A stretch of 50,100 nucleotides of DNA, taken from positions 1 to 50,100 of IMG/VR virus record IMGVR_UViG_3300030380_002955; one strand, written 5' to 3'. Position 1 is the stretch's first letter. The number at the start of each line of letters is the position of its first letter. The notes beneath the pieces are model-generated. The model saw only the letters and a program-made list of their open reading frames with translations, did not search any database and was not told the origin of the DNA. Source of the DNA: a virus. Taxonomy: Duplodnaviria; Caudoviricetes. Position numbers and translations under genes: made by a program. Below are positions 36,551 to 46,405 of this stretch, piece by piece.

Positions 36551-37940
36551 ACCCGGCAGAGATTTTTATGACAATTGGCATATAGATGCAGTATCAGAAC
36601 ATCTACAAGCAGTCGTAGAAGGCGATATAAAAAGACTTATAATAAATATCCCACCAAGACATATGAAGTCTATAAGCGTAGCAGTAGCACTACCAGCTTG
36701 GACTTGGACAATACAACCATCTAAAAGATTTCTATTTGCAAGTTATGCAGGATCTTTATCAATTAGAGATAGCGTTAAGTGTAGAAGATTAATTGATAGT
36801 GCTTGGTACAGAAGATATTTTGGAGATACATTTTCATTAACGTCAGATCAAAACCAAAAGCAAAGATTTGAGAATGATAAGACTGGTCAAAGAATAGCAA
36901 CGTCAGTAGATGGAGCACTAACTGGAGAAGGTGGTGACATAATAGTTATTGATGATCCACATAACGTAAGAGAAGCAGAATCATCCACAGTTAGAGAAGG
37001 AGTTCTTGAATGGTGGGATCAAGCTATGCAGACAAGATTGAACGATCCTAAGACTGGTGCATTTATTATTATTATGCAAAGAGTACATGAGAACGATCTT
37101 ACTGGGCACATATTGGCAAACGAATATAATGACTGGGATCACTTATGCTTACCCGCAAGATATGAAATAGGTCATCCAACACCTACCAAAACATCATTAG
37201 GGTTTACAGATCCAAGAACAAAAGAAGGCGAACTGCTATGGGAAAAGAGAATAGATCATAGTACATTAGAGCAATTAGAGAAAAGTCTAGGGTCATATGC
37301 AAGTGCTGGACAACTACAACAAAGACCTATGCCAAAAGGTGGTGGGATATTAAAGGCTGAATGGTGGGTTCCCTGGGAAAAAGAAGATTTGCCAGAGATA
37401 GATTACTTAGTCCAAAGCTATGATACTGCCTTCAGTACAAAAGAAACAAGTAGTTACAGTGCAAGAACTACTTGGGGTATTTTTAAGATGAATGGACAAG
37501 TTAATGCTATAGTAGTAGAAATGTGGTATGATAGAGTAACGTATCCAGAATTAAGGAAACTTGCACAAGAAGCATATGATGACTGGCAGCCTGATACAGT
37601 TTTGATAGAGAAGAAGGCTAGTGGACAAAGTTTGCTACAAGATTTAAGAATGGGTGGGATACCAGTGTTGGCTTACTCACCAGACAGAGACAAGATTGCA
37701 AGAGCACATAGTAGTTCTGCATTGTTAGAAGATGGTAGAATATATTATCCACATGGGAAAAAATGGGCAAAAAATCTAATTGATATATGTTCAGCCTTTC
37801 CTGCGGGTGATAATGATGATATAGTTGACACTTGTACACAGGCTTGGTTAAGATTGAGAAAAGGTTGGTTTATCACTCATTCTACAGATTATGACGAAGA
37901 TGATAGTACAGAAGAGAGAAGGATGACAATATATGGCTAG
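36438..37940 (+). CDS. terL: Terminase large subunit
   Basis: INIPPRHMKS, TGEGGD....DDP, IMQR.H..D, QQ.P, SYDTA, IE.KASG, DD.VD...QA. Confidence 0.95.
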   Translation: MNLANLNQSLPQLLQKVEAEEMKRSLKEFTKNSWEAIEPGRDFYDNWHIDAVSEHLQAVVEGDIKRLIINIPPRHMKSISVAVALPAWTWTIQPSKRFLFASYAGSLSIRDSVKCRRLIDSAWYRRYFGDTFSLTSDQNQKQRFENDKTGQRIATSVDGALTGEGGDIIVIDDPHNVREAESSTVREGVLEWWDQAMQTRLNDPKTGAFIIIMQRVHENDLTGHILANEYNDWDHLCLPARYEIGHPTPTKTSLGFTDPRTKEGELLWEKRIDHSTLEQLEKSLGSYASAGQLQQRPMPKGGGILKAEWWVPWEKEDLPEIDYLVQSYDTAFSTKETSSYSARTTWGIFKMNGQVNAIVVEMWYDRVTYPELRKLAQEAYDDWQPDTVLIEKKASGQSLLQDLRMGGIPVLAYSPDRDKIARAHSSSALLEDGRIYYPHGKKWAKNLIDICSAFPAGDNDDIVDTCTQAWLRLRKGWFITHSTDYDEDDSTEERRMTIYG

Positions 37941-40365
37941 AGAACCTCAAGTAATTCCCTTTGCTGAAGCTATGCCTTCAGACAATTTTCAAGTTGAAGA
38001 AATTGGTAATGATGAAGTTCTAGTTGGTGATCCAAGTCTAGACATTGAAGAGAAGTCAGAAACTGGCTTTGATGAAAACTTAGCAGAACAAATTGATGCA
38101 AAAGAATTAAATGCAGTCGCTAGTGATTTAATTAGTTTTTATGAAACAGATAAGAACGCTAGATCAGAGTGGGAGTTTAGATATAAGCAAGGCTTAGAGA
38201 CATTAGATCCACAAGGTGGTCAAGAGGAAGAAGAAGATCAAAGAGCATCAAGAGGATTGAGTACTGTAGTTCATCCTATGATAGCAGAAGCCGCAACACA
38301 ATTTAATGCAAGAGCAATAGCAGAATTATATCCAAGTGGCGGGCCAGTCAAAACTGTAATAGTTGGCGATCCAAATGAGGAGATGGAAGAACAGGCAAAA
38401 AGAGTAAAAGATTATATGAATTATCAGATTACTCAAGAGATGCCAGAGTACTTTCCAGATTTAGATCAGATGTTATTTCAGCTACCATTAGTTGGTCATA
38501 CATTTAAAAAAATATGGTGGGATGCAAACTTAGAAAGACAGTGTTCTCAATTCGTGAAAGCAGAAGACTTTGTAGTATCGCCAGAGAGTAAAGATCTTTA
38601 TACGTCTATTAGATATACTCATGTAATTAGAATGCCAAGAAACGACTTTAACAAGTATGTGCAGTCTGGTTTATATCTACCAAGCAAATATACCTCAGAA
38701 GACATAGATCCAAGTGGAGATATTGGAAGTGAGATAGAAGGCGTAGATCCTTACAATAGTGAATCTAAAGATGAGGTAATGACATTGTTAGAGATGCATT
38801 GCTATCAAAGTTTTGATGGAATTGATGATGTAGATCAAGATGAAGATAATCAAGTTCACCTACCTTATGTAGTTACAATTGACTATGATTCAGAAAAGGT
38901 TGTTGCAGTAAGACGTAATTGGGAAGAAGAAGATAAGAAAAAGAAAAGAAGAGATTGGTTCGTAAGTTACAAGTTTTTACCAGGAACTGGGTTCTATGGT
39001 TTTGGTTTGTATCATATGATAGGTGGACTTGGTAGAGCGGCTACTGGGTCATTAAGAGCACTGTTAGATAGTGCGGCTTTTGCAAATATGCAAGGTGGGT
39101 TTAAATTAAAGGGTAGAGTTACTGGTGGAGAGATGCAGATTAATCCAGGTGAATTTGCTGACTTGGATGCTACTGTAGATGATGTGAACAAAGCGATAAT
39201 GCCACTGCCTTTTAAAGAACCATCTCAAACCTTGTTCAATCTAATGAATGCTATCACTGATATTGGTAGAAGATTTGCGAATACTGCAGACCTAAATGTT
39301 GGGGATGTTAATCCAAATGCTCCCGTTGGAAGTACTGTCGCACTGATTGAGCAAGGTAGTAAATCATTTAGTGCCATACACAAAAGATTACATTATGCAC
39401 AAGGGCAAGAGTTTAAACTTTTATCTAAATTAAATGCAGAGTATCTACCAGAACAATTTAAGTTTGCACAAAGTGGTGTAGATACAATTATATATGCTAA
39501 AGACTTTAACGATAGAATAGATATTATTCCAGTCAGTGATCCAAACATATTTAGTACTGCACAAAGAATAGCACAAGCTCAAGCAGTGTTACAGATGGCT
39601 AATTCAGCACCTCAACTACATGATCAGTATGAGGCGTACAAAAGAATGTATGAAGCGATTAGAATTAATAATATTGATGAAATACTTAAAGCACCAGAAG
39701 AAGCAGTTAGATTAGATCCAATAGATGAAAATATGTCTGTTATGTATGGTAAGCCTATAAGAGCATTCCCAGAGCAAGACCATGATAGTCACATTGCAGT
39801 ACATATGCAGTTTTTATCTGATCCTTCTCTAGCTGGAAATCCAGGGGCAAGAGCTATGCAACCAATATTAATTGCTCATATAGCTGAACATATAGCATTG
39901 TTGTACAGGCAGCGGATGCAAAGTGGTATTAATATGGAGATGCCTCCATTGCCAAATCTCAAAGATCCAAAGTTTAAATTTGAGGATATAGATCCAGCGA
40001 CAGATATGGTCATAAGTCAAAGGGCGGCTGAAGTAGTTAAACAAGCACCACAAATGCAGGCAATTGCACCGCTACTAGCAATGGCAAATCAGCAACAACA
40101 AGCTAGTAACCCATTACAATATGCACAAGAACTTGCTAAACTAGAGGCAGAGGCGTTGAAAGCTAGAACACAAGTGCAGATACAAGCTGATCAAGCTAAA
40201 GCACAACAGAAACTAGCAATCAATGAAGCAGAAGCTAAGCAAGATATGCAAATAGAGCAAGCTAAGTTACAACAAGAATTACAAGCAAAAGTAGCAAAGC
40301 TAGAATTAGAACTACAATTAGAACGAGAAAAAAACGCTATTAAACTACAAAAGGAGCTAAGATAA
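37933..40365 (+). CDS. Portal protein with long C-terminal coiled coil
   Basis: HP...EA..QF.A, M.EY, FLPG.GFYGFG, HKRLH, DIIPVSDPN; Q/A/E-rich barrel. Confidence 0.9.
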   Translation: MAREPQVIPFAEAMPSDNFQVEEIGNDEVLVGDPSLDIEEKSETGFDENLAEQIDAKELNAVASDLISFYETDKNARSEWEFRYKQGLETLDPQGGQEEEEDQRASRGLSTVVHPMIAEAATQFNARAIAELYPSGGPVKTVIVGDPNEEMEEQAKRVKDYMNYQITQEMPEYFPDLDQMLFQLPLVGHTFKKIWWDANLERQCSQFVKAEDFVVSPESKDLYTSIRYTHVIRMPRNDFNKYVQSGLYLPSKYTSEDIDPSGDIGSEIEGVDPYNSESKDEVMTLLEMHCYQSFDGIDDVDQDEDNQVHLPYVVTIDYDSEKVVAVRRNWEEEDKKKKRRDWFVSYKFLPGTGFYGFGLYHMIGGLGRAATGSLRALLDSAAFANMQGGFKLKGRVTGGEMQINPGEFADLDATVDDVNKAIMPLPFKEPSQTLFNLMNAITDIGRRFANTADLNVGDVNPNAPVGSTVALIEQGSKSFSAIHKRLHYAQGQEFKLLSKLNAEYLPEQFKFAQSGVDTIIYAKDFNDRIDIIPVSDPNIFSTAQRIAQAQAVLQMANSAPQLHDQYEAYKRMYEAIRINNIDEILKAPEEAVRLDPIDENMSVMYGKPIRAFPEQDHDSHIAVHMQFLSDPSLAGNPGARAMQPILIAHIAEHIALLYRQRMQSGINMEMPPLPNLKDPKFKFEDIDPATDMVISQRAAEVVKQAPQMQAIAPLLAMANQQQQASNPLQYAQELAKLEAEALKARTQVQIQADQAKAQQKLAINEAEAKQDMQIEQAKLQQELQAKVAKLELELQLEREKNAIKLQKELR

Positions 40366-40874
40366 TGCCAATAGTTATAACACCAACAGGGCAATTCATT
40401 GATTCTGTAACTGGAAACCCAGTAGACTTACCGCCACAAAGACCAGACTTGCCAATGCAAAAAATGGCTGGTGCAATGTCTGATAGAGATATGAGAACTA
40501 TAGAAGGTGCAAGGTCTAGAGAAAACATTCCAGCTAACATGGATATGGGTATGAATAGTGAAATGCCAGTGCCTATGACAGTCGTAGATCAAGTAAACGC
40601 TTTAATGGCAATGGGTTTAACAGAAGATCAAGCTCTTGAAGCAATTGCAATAGAAGAACGATCTGCAAGAGTTGACCCTCAGAACTTCTCTGGAGGAGCA
40701 AAATCTGATATGGGAATGGGTGCACTAAGTGGACTGCCTAGACAAAATGAAGCACCTATGGCAATGCCAACACCTAGACCAGAAGACTTAATGATGATGC
40801 AACAAATGCAAGGTAAAGATAGAACATTTAATCCTAGAGATCCAATTAACTCTTATAATGCTCCTAATACATAA
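40365..40874 (+). CDS. Met/Pro-rich protein carrying MGALSGL
   Basis: TAATG coupling to the portal; low complexity. Confidence 0.6.
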   Translation: MPIVITPTGQFIDSVTGNPVDLPPQRPDLPMQKMAGAMSDRDMRTIEGARSRENIPANMDMGMNSEMPVPMTVVDQVNALMAMGLTEDQALEAIAIEERSARVDPQNFSGGAKSDMGMGALSGLPRQNEAPMAMPTPRPEDLMMMQQMQGKDRTFNPRDPINSYNAPNT

Positions 40875-40883
40875 GAGGCAACT

Positions 40884-41921
40884 ATGGCTGAAAGACTTGG
40901 TGCATTAGGAAATCTAACTAGAGGCGAATTTGATAAATTGTCTTTAGGTGTACAAGGACAAAATGATGGTACAGATTTATTTGGTCTGTATAATTTTACT
41001 CCAACTACTGCCCTAACTAGTGGACTTGGCTTTGTTGGTGGAATGGGAACACCAATAGCAGTTGGGTCTTTGATAGGAAATTATCAAGCAGAAGAAGCCG
41101 CAAATAAATTATTAGGCAATCCAACAAACTTTATGAATAATGTAAAGCAACCATCAAACCCAAATTCTGCAGTGCAAACAGTAAGAGGAATGATTTCTGA
41201 CACTGATAAAGATGGTGTAATAAGTAATTATGAGATGAACCAATTTGGTCAAAGCATACCAGGATTAGACTTAGCTTCTATGTACACTGGTGGCAATCCA
41301 AATAAAATGGTAAAAGGTGCTGGAGGCAAAATGATGCCATCTGATGCAAAGGCAAACCCTTACAGTAGTCGTTCTTTTCAAAACCAAATGAATAGAGGTT
41401 TTTATTTTGATGACACAATTTCTCAAAACCAAATAGATGATAATATGAAGTCAACCAAAGACTACGCCGCTGATGCAATCAATCAAACTAACGTAACAAA
41501 CATGAAGGGATACGATCCTAATTTTGCCAAAGCAGTTACAAGAGAAAATCAAGAGGCATCTGGAAGTGGTGGTGATGGAACTTATATTTGTACTGCACTC
41601 TATGAAATGGGTGAAATGAAAAAATATATCTACAAATATGATCAAGTTTATGGCAAGAGAGTTGACCCTAATGTATATCGTGGATATTGTTTATGGGGTA
41701 AGTATGTAGCTACAAAACTAAGGTATAAAGGCTTTACATATAAAATAGTTAAACCTTTAGCACTAGCATGGGCAAAACAAATGGCTTTTGACTTATCCAA
41801 AGGTAGATATGGCAAGAACAATAAGGTTGTAAAGGTTATAAGTAAAATAGGCGAAGGTGTATGTTATGCACTTGGTCTTATTGTAAATATTAAACTTAAA
41901 AAAGGAGTAAAATATGGCTGA
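40884..41921 (+). CDS. Putative internal virion protein: N-terminal LGALGNL, EF-hand-like loop, C-terminal ICTAL...GY..W domain
   Basis: DTDKDGVISNYE; GSGGDG linker then YICTALYEMG...RGYCLWG. Confidence 0.6.
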   Translation: MAERLGALGNLTRGEFDKLSLGVQGQNDGTDLFGLYNFTPTTALTSGLGFVGGMGTPIAVGSLIGNYQAEEAANKLLGNPTNFMNNVKQPSNPNSAVQTVRGMISDTDKDGVISNYEMNQFGQSIPGLDLASMYTGGNPNKMVKGAGGKMMPSDAKANPYSSRSFQNQMNRGFYFDDTISQNQIDDNMKSTKDYAADAINQTNVTNMKGYDPNFAKAVTRENQEASGSGGDGTYICTALYEMGEMKKYIYKYDQVYGKRVDPNVYRGYCLWGKYVATKLRYKGFTYKIVKPLALAWAKQMAFDLSKGRYGKNNKVVKVISKIGEGVCYALGLIVNIKLKKGVKYG

Positions 41922-42204
41922 TATTAACGTAGAGAATATGGAAGAGAATGCTGAACTATTTATGGAAAAGATGGGGTTTTCTCACGATTCGCCAGGATTG
42001 GAGTTAACACCAGATCAGTTAGTTAACTTTCTATTGTTATGTTACCAAGGTATGGTTCTTCCAGACGAAGAAGAAGAAACAGAAATGGAAGAAGAGCACA
42101 TGGGTGATGGCATGAAAGTCAAAGTAATGAAAGTTGATAGTGGCGATATGAGAAGTGTCATGGATGAGATACTAGGACATTCATCACCAAAGATAGGAAT
42201 GTAG
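41914..42204 (+). CDS. Acidic hypothetical protein
   Basis: RBS AAGGAG. Confidence 0.6.
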   Translation: MADINVENMEENAELFMEKMGFSHDSPGLELTPDQLVNFLLLCYQGMVLPDEEEETEMEEEHMGDGMKVKVMKVDSGDMRSVMDEILGHSSPKIGM

Positions 42205-42206
42205 AT

Positions 42207-42488
42207 ATGCAAAATATACCAAATGATATTGGTGCTTTAGCAAATTTACAAAAGGCTATCCCATTAAGTGATATGCCAGAAGGTAGGGTTGAGCAAGTGG
42301 GCGAGGATTATGGAGTAATAGCTCAATTCATCGGTCCAAATTTAGAAGATGCTATTAGTGTTTTCAAAGAGGGTAATGGATATTATGCAAGTGGACATAA
42401 CTTTGATTTTTTTGCCAGCGATATTCCTGATCTTATGAAAAAACTTAAAGTATATGGTGCAACTGAACTTTATTATGGGAGATTATAA
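42207..42488 (+). CDS. Hypothetical protein with N-terminal IGALANL
   Basis: ORF track; operon packing. Confidence 0.55.
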   Translation: MQNIPNDIGALANLQKAIPLSDMPEGRVEQVGEDYGVIAQFIGPNLEDAISVFKEGNGYYASGHNFDFFASDIPDLMKKLKVYGATELYYGRL

Positions 42489-42490
42489 TC

Positions 42491-42634
42491 ATGCCAGGAA
42501 AAGTATACTCAAAAAAACAACAGAAGATAGCCAACGTAGCAAAGCCAAGAAACAAGTTGACTGGTGCTGATTTTAAAAAATTAGCCATGCTTAAAAAGAA
42601 AAAGAAAAAAAAGACTAAAACAAAGATGGCATAA
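42491..42634 (+). CDS. 47-aa Lys-rich protein (not in ORF track)
   Basis: MPGKVYSKKQQKIANVAKPRNKLTGADFKKLAMLKKKKKKKTKTKMA; RBS GGGAG. Confidence 0.65.
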   Translation: MPGKVYSKKQQKIANVAKPRNKLTGADFKKLAMLKKKKKKKTKTKMA

Positions 42635-43900
42635 ATGGCTGATCCCATTGTACGAAATCTAGTAAAGCAATTCTTAACTAAGAACTTTAAACCATTATTT
42701 AGCAGTAATGAGCTTGGAGCATTAGGTAATATTAGCAATACAAGCGAAGATTTAATTAAAAAGTTTGGTGCTTTGCCTAAATTTGAGATTACTGGCGAAG
42801 ATTTGAGAAGCGTTGGTGCTGAAAAATTTAGAATGAAAGACTTTCTTTATGAAAACCCATTACCTTTTCAAATGGATTTTACAGAATTAAAAGGAGCACA
42901 AAGAGATCCACTTAAAGACTTTTCCATGAGAGCACAAGTGGGTGCAATACAGAAAGATCCTACACTTGCTTCAGATGCATCTTTGCTAAAAGGTAAAACG
43001 ATTGTTCCATTAGTTGGAGATAGGTCAAGTAGAGACGTTATTATAACTGGAATAGGTGATATAGATTTTGAAAACCCAGTCAGAACAAGTGGTGGTATTC
43101 AATTCATGGATGACAAAGATCAAAGCTGGGCTTCAATGATGTCAGTTATGAAGGATATCAATAAGACTGTAGAGACAGTAGAACAGATGGGTGGTAAGCC
43201 AGTTGGCATGACAACTGCTATGGGTGCATCTGGTGGTGATTTTTCATTAGATACTGCAAACTTAATAATTGAATCATTAAAAGCAAAAAAATTATCAAGA
43301 AAACAACTTGATGATATTACTGATGCAATTCGTAATAAAGTAAAAGATGGTAAAACTCCTTTTGCAAATATGCCAAATTTAAACAATATGAATGAGTTTG
43401 AAAGTTATTTTAAAGGATTAGTAGGATCACCTAGAAGTGAATTGGTGAAAGCATTTGATAAGGCAAAAGTACAAGATGCTGGCGGCCCGAACATAGGTCA
43501 GTTGAGATTTGCAGTTACAAACCCAGGATTAATAGCAGAGGATTTTCTAGGCATGGGTGGCAGATTTTCAGACATTAAGTCAGGCATGACACCTAGCACA
43601 CACCCATCATACGACACAAAGATATCTAAAGCACCAGGAGCAGAAGTATTTACTTTTGGAACTGGAATACCAAGAACTATCATGCTTAGAGAGCCTATGA
43701 AGAATGTTAGAGCAGAAGGCAAAGGTTTTGGTACGTTAAAGGCAATGCCCGCAGATCAAAGAAAACTGCAAATGGACTTGCCTGTTCAGCCAGTTGACCA
43801 ACAATTAATAGATGAAGCATCTAAATTCTTAGAAATAAAAAGAAATCTAGGCGATAAAGAAGCCTATGAGTATGCACAAAGATTAATACCAGCTACATAG
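42635..43900 (+). CDS. 421-aa hypothetical protein with LGALGNI and FGALPK motifs
   Basis: ORF track; GDRS, GG..FM, HPSY.T motifs of unknown function. Confidence 0.6.
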   Translation: MADPIVRNLVKQFLTKNFKPLFSSNELGALGNISNTSEDLIKKFGALPKFEITGEDLRSVGAEKFRMKDFLYENPLPFQMDFTELKGAQRDPLKDFSMRAQVGAIQKDPTLASDASLLKGKTIVPLVGDRSSRDVIITGIGDIDFENPVRTSGGIQFMDDKDQSWASMMSVMKDINKTVETVEQMGGKPVGMTTAMGASGGDFSLDTANLIIESLKAKKLSRKQLDDITDAIRNKVKDGKTPFANMPNLNNMNEFESYFKGLVGSPRSELVKAFDKAKVQDAGGPNIGQLRFAVTNPGLIAEDFLGMGGRFSDIKSGMTPSTHPSYDTKISKAPGAEVFTFGTGIPRTIMLREPMKNVRAEGKGFGTLKAMPADQRKLQMDLPVQPVDQQLIDEASKFLEIKRNLGDKEAYEYAQRLIPAT

Positions 43901-43908
43901 GAGTTGAT

Positions 43909-44088
43909 ATGGCAGTTAAGAAAAAGAAAAGCACAAAAAAGAAAGGTTCTATACCTACAAATAAAGCGTTATATGCTAGAGTAAAAGCAGAAGCAAAACG
44001 TAAATTTGATGTTTATCCCTCCGCATATGCAAATGCCTGGCTTGTTCGGACATACAAAAAACGAGGTGGAGGCTATAGGTCAGCATAA
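43909..44088 (+). CDS. 59-aa basic protein (not in ORF track)
   Basis: RBS AGGAG; KF.VYPSAYAN.WLV..YK..GG.Y; TAATG coupling. Confidence 0.7.
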   Translation: MAVKKKKSTKKKGSIPTNKALYARVKAEAKRKFDVYPSAYANAWLVRTYKKRGGGYRSA

Positions 44089-44381
44089 TGGCAAAGACTA
44101 GTGGTGGACTTACAAAGTGGTTTAAACAAGATTGGGTAGATATTGGCTCTAAGAAGAAAGGTGGTGGCTTTGCCAAGTGTGGTAGGACAAAACAAAAGAA
44201 AGATGCCAAGAGAAAATATCCTAAGTGTGTGCCTAGAGCAAAAGCAAACGCTATGTCTAAATCACAGATTAAGTCTGCAGTAACAAGAAAGAGATCAAAA
44301 GCTCAAGGAGTTGGTGGTAAACCTACAAACGTAAAAACAATAGTGAAAAGGAAGAAAAAAAATGGCAAAAAAAGCAGTTGA
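44088..44381 (+). CDS. Small basic conserved phage protein
   Basis: GGLTKWFKQDWVD, CGR, YPKCVP motifs. Confidence 0.7.
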   Translation: MAKTSGGLTKWFKQDWVDIGSKKKGGGFAKCGRTKQKKDAKRKYPKCVPRAKANAMSKSQIKSAVTRKRSKAQGVGGKPTNVKTIVKRKKKNGKKSS

Positions 44382-44523
44382 AGCACCTAAAGGTTTTCAT
44401 TGGATGAAGTCTGGCAGCGGATTCAAGTTAATGAAAGGCGAGTATAAGCCACATAAAGGTGCAGTTAAAAAGGCTTCATTTGATATACAAACAGTACATA
44501 CGTCAGCACAAAAGAAGAAGTAA
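44362..44523 (+). CDS. 53-aa basic protein (not in ORF track)
   Basis: APKGFHWMK...LMKG.YKPH; TAATG coupling. Confidence 0.65.
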   Translation: MAKKAVEAPKGFHWMKSGSGFKLMKGEYKPHKGAVKKASFDIQTVHTSAQKKK

Positions 44524-44780
44524 TGGCTACCTATAAGGGCAAAAAGGTTACACTAAACAAACCTAGACGTATTGCTAAAGGTGAAACATCCTATGGCAAA
44601 AAGAAGTCTGTGGTTTATGTTACTGATGGAGATAGAATAAAGCGTGTAACTTTTGGTGATCCTAATATGAAGATCAAGAAAAACCAAAAAGGTAATAGAA
44701 AGAGTTTCAGAGCTAGACATAACTGTGACACACCTGGACCGAAAACAAAGGCTAGGTATTGGTCATGTAAGGCTTGGTAG
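44523..44780 (+). CDS. Small basic conserved phage protein
   Basis: V.FGDPNM, RKSFRARHNC, ARYWSCKAW. Confidence 0.7.
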   Translation: MATYKGKKVTLNKPRRIAKGETSYGKKKSVVYVTDGDRIKRVTFGDPNMKIKKNQKGNRKSFRARHNCDTPGPKTKARYWSCKAW

Positions 44781-44781
44781 C

Positions 44782-45627
44782 ATGAATATAGGTGCTTTAA
44801 GACAACTTGTGAAACAAGGTGCGAAACAAAACAAGATTGTTGGTAATCCATTTAGTAGTAAGGATGATATTGAAAATTATTTCAGAAGTGAAATAAGGCG
44901 TGGAGCTTTACCTAAGAAAAACCAAAAATACTTTGATACCTTTGATCCTAACATTTACTATCATTCCACCATAGAGGACATAGATAAATTTGATCCTCAA
45001 ATGTCAATAGAAAAAGGTGCTTATGGTCAAGACAGTATATTTGATCCTCTAGACACAAGAGGTGCAACTTATTTTACAAGTGACAAAGAACTAGCTAATC
45101 AAGTCTTGCAAGATAAAAGAATAATGACACAAGCAGAATATAACAGACAAAAAAGAAATATGGGTAGTGGTCAATATCCAGACTTTGATGTTGATACTGT
45201 GTATAATCCAAAAACAGATGAAGAATTTTTATCTGCATCACGAATATATCCAGTTAAAATTAAAACAGATAAATTATTTGATTTTGAAGACGATGTTGAT
45301 TTTGACAAGTTAGAAGAAAAAATATTAGCAAAGTTCTCTGACGAAAGTGATGAATATAAACTTCTAAATAGAGTTCAATCTGGAGAATGGTCTATCCTTG
45401 AAAGACCACAAATACAAAAAGAACTAAAAGAGCTAGGATTTACAGGATATAGAACAAGCGAAGCTGGGACAGTAGGTTTGTTTAATCCAGATAAAGGCGA
45501 TGTAAGAAGCCTATACGCTAAGTTTGATCCTAAAGAGGCTAAGAGTGGCGAGATACTAGCAACTATTGTTCCATATGCCTCTGTGGGCACTATAGGAGCA
45601 CTAGCAGGCTTGGATGAGGGCACATAA
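44782..45627 (+). CDS. ADP-ribosyltransferase-like protein (polyvalent-protein ART type)
   Basis: YYHST...FD, GATYFTSD..LA, IYPV.I, GFTG...E, FNP..VRS...FDP; likely start ATG 44782; IGAL at both termini. Confidence 0.6.
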   Translation: MNIGALRQLVKQGAKQNKIVGNPFSSKDDIENYFRSEIRRGALPKKNQKYFDTFDPNIYYHSTIEDIDKFDPQMSIEKGAYGQDSIFDPLDTRGATYFTSDKELANQVLQDKRIMTQAEYNRQKRNMGSGQYPDFDVDTVYNPKTDEEFLSASRIYPVKIKTDKLFDFEDDVDFDKLEEKILAKFSDESDEYKLLNRVQSGEWSILERPQIQKELKELGFTGYRTSEAGTVGLFNPDKGDVRSLYAKFDPKEAKSGEILATIVPYASVGTIGALAGLDEGT

Positions 45628-46211
45628 TGGTAAAGCCTATAGTAAAAAAAGGTATTGAAGAACTATTTGGTGCATTACCCAAGTCTTTAAATGATCTAAG
45701 AAAGGGTGCAACTATTAGAATAGATAATCCACAATTTTTAGATGTGTTGACTGGCGAAACATACGTTGAAAAAAAAATTAGAGAAAATAACGAATACATA
45801 GAAGATCTAGTAAAAAATTATGGTAAACCAAGAGAGGATATAACTATAGGCAATGTAAGTGGAGTGACTGGCTTTGCTGATAATATTAAATTAAGTCCAA
45901 AAGAAATATTCAACATAAAAGGTCATGCTGGAGAAGAAAAATATAGAATGTCTAGTCCACAATTAGAAAGATTAAAAGAAAGCATAGCTAAAGAAGGTTA
46001 TCGTAAGGCTGATGAAGGTGGCGAAAGAATACTAATTCATGTAAGAGAAGATGGAGTTCCTTTTATTACAGAAGGTAATCATAGAATGGTAGAAGCGTAT
46101 CAATCCAATAGACCTTTTATCTCTGCTGATATAAGATACCTAAGAGGATCAGAGAACGTAGACGGGCCGCTAAATCCTAAGAGAATAGGAATAGACTTTG
46201 GTGAGGAGTAA
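45627..46211 (+). CDS. ParB/Srx-like N-terminal-domain protein
   Basis: LKESIAKEGY...ILI.V.......EGNHR..A motif; FGALPK near the N-terminus. Confidence 0.6.
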   Translation: MVKPIVKKGIEELFGALPKSLNDLRKGATIRIDNPQFLDVLTGETYVEKKIRENNEYIEDLVKNYGKPREDITIGNVSGVTGFADNIKLSPKEIFNIKGHAGEEKYRMSSPQLERLKESIAKEGYRKADEGGERILIHVREDGVPFITEGNHRMVEAYQSNRPFISADIRYLRGSENVDGPLNPKRIGIDFGEE

Positions 46212-46213
46212 TT

Positions 46214-46405
46214 ATGGCTAGAAGTAAAGTTAAAAAAGTTGCAAACGCTGAGATCAGAGCGGCAAAAACATTTCTAAATAAAAAAGGATTATCTACAGAA
46301 GAGGTAAGTCCAAAGAAGTTTGCACAAGCCGCAAAGAAACTTGACAAGAGTTTTAAAGAAACTTTACAGATATTAGCTAGAGAATTAAGTGGTGGACAAG
46401 TTTAA
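46214..46405 (+). CDS. 63-aa basic protein
   Basis: RBS GAGGAG; Lys/Ala-rich. Confidence 0.6.
   Translation: MARSKVKKVANAEIRAAKTFLNKKGLSTEEVSPKKFAQAAKKLDKSFKETLQILARELSGGQV

Noticed and set aside
5784-36920. GAL strings in the tail protein (ARGALIY), fibre (TGALNSG) and terminase (DGALTG)
   Set aside because: They lack the preceding hydrophobic residue and lie within conserved folded domains; not counted as tag instances
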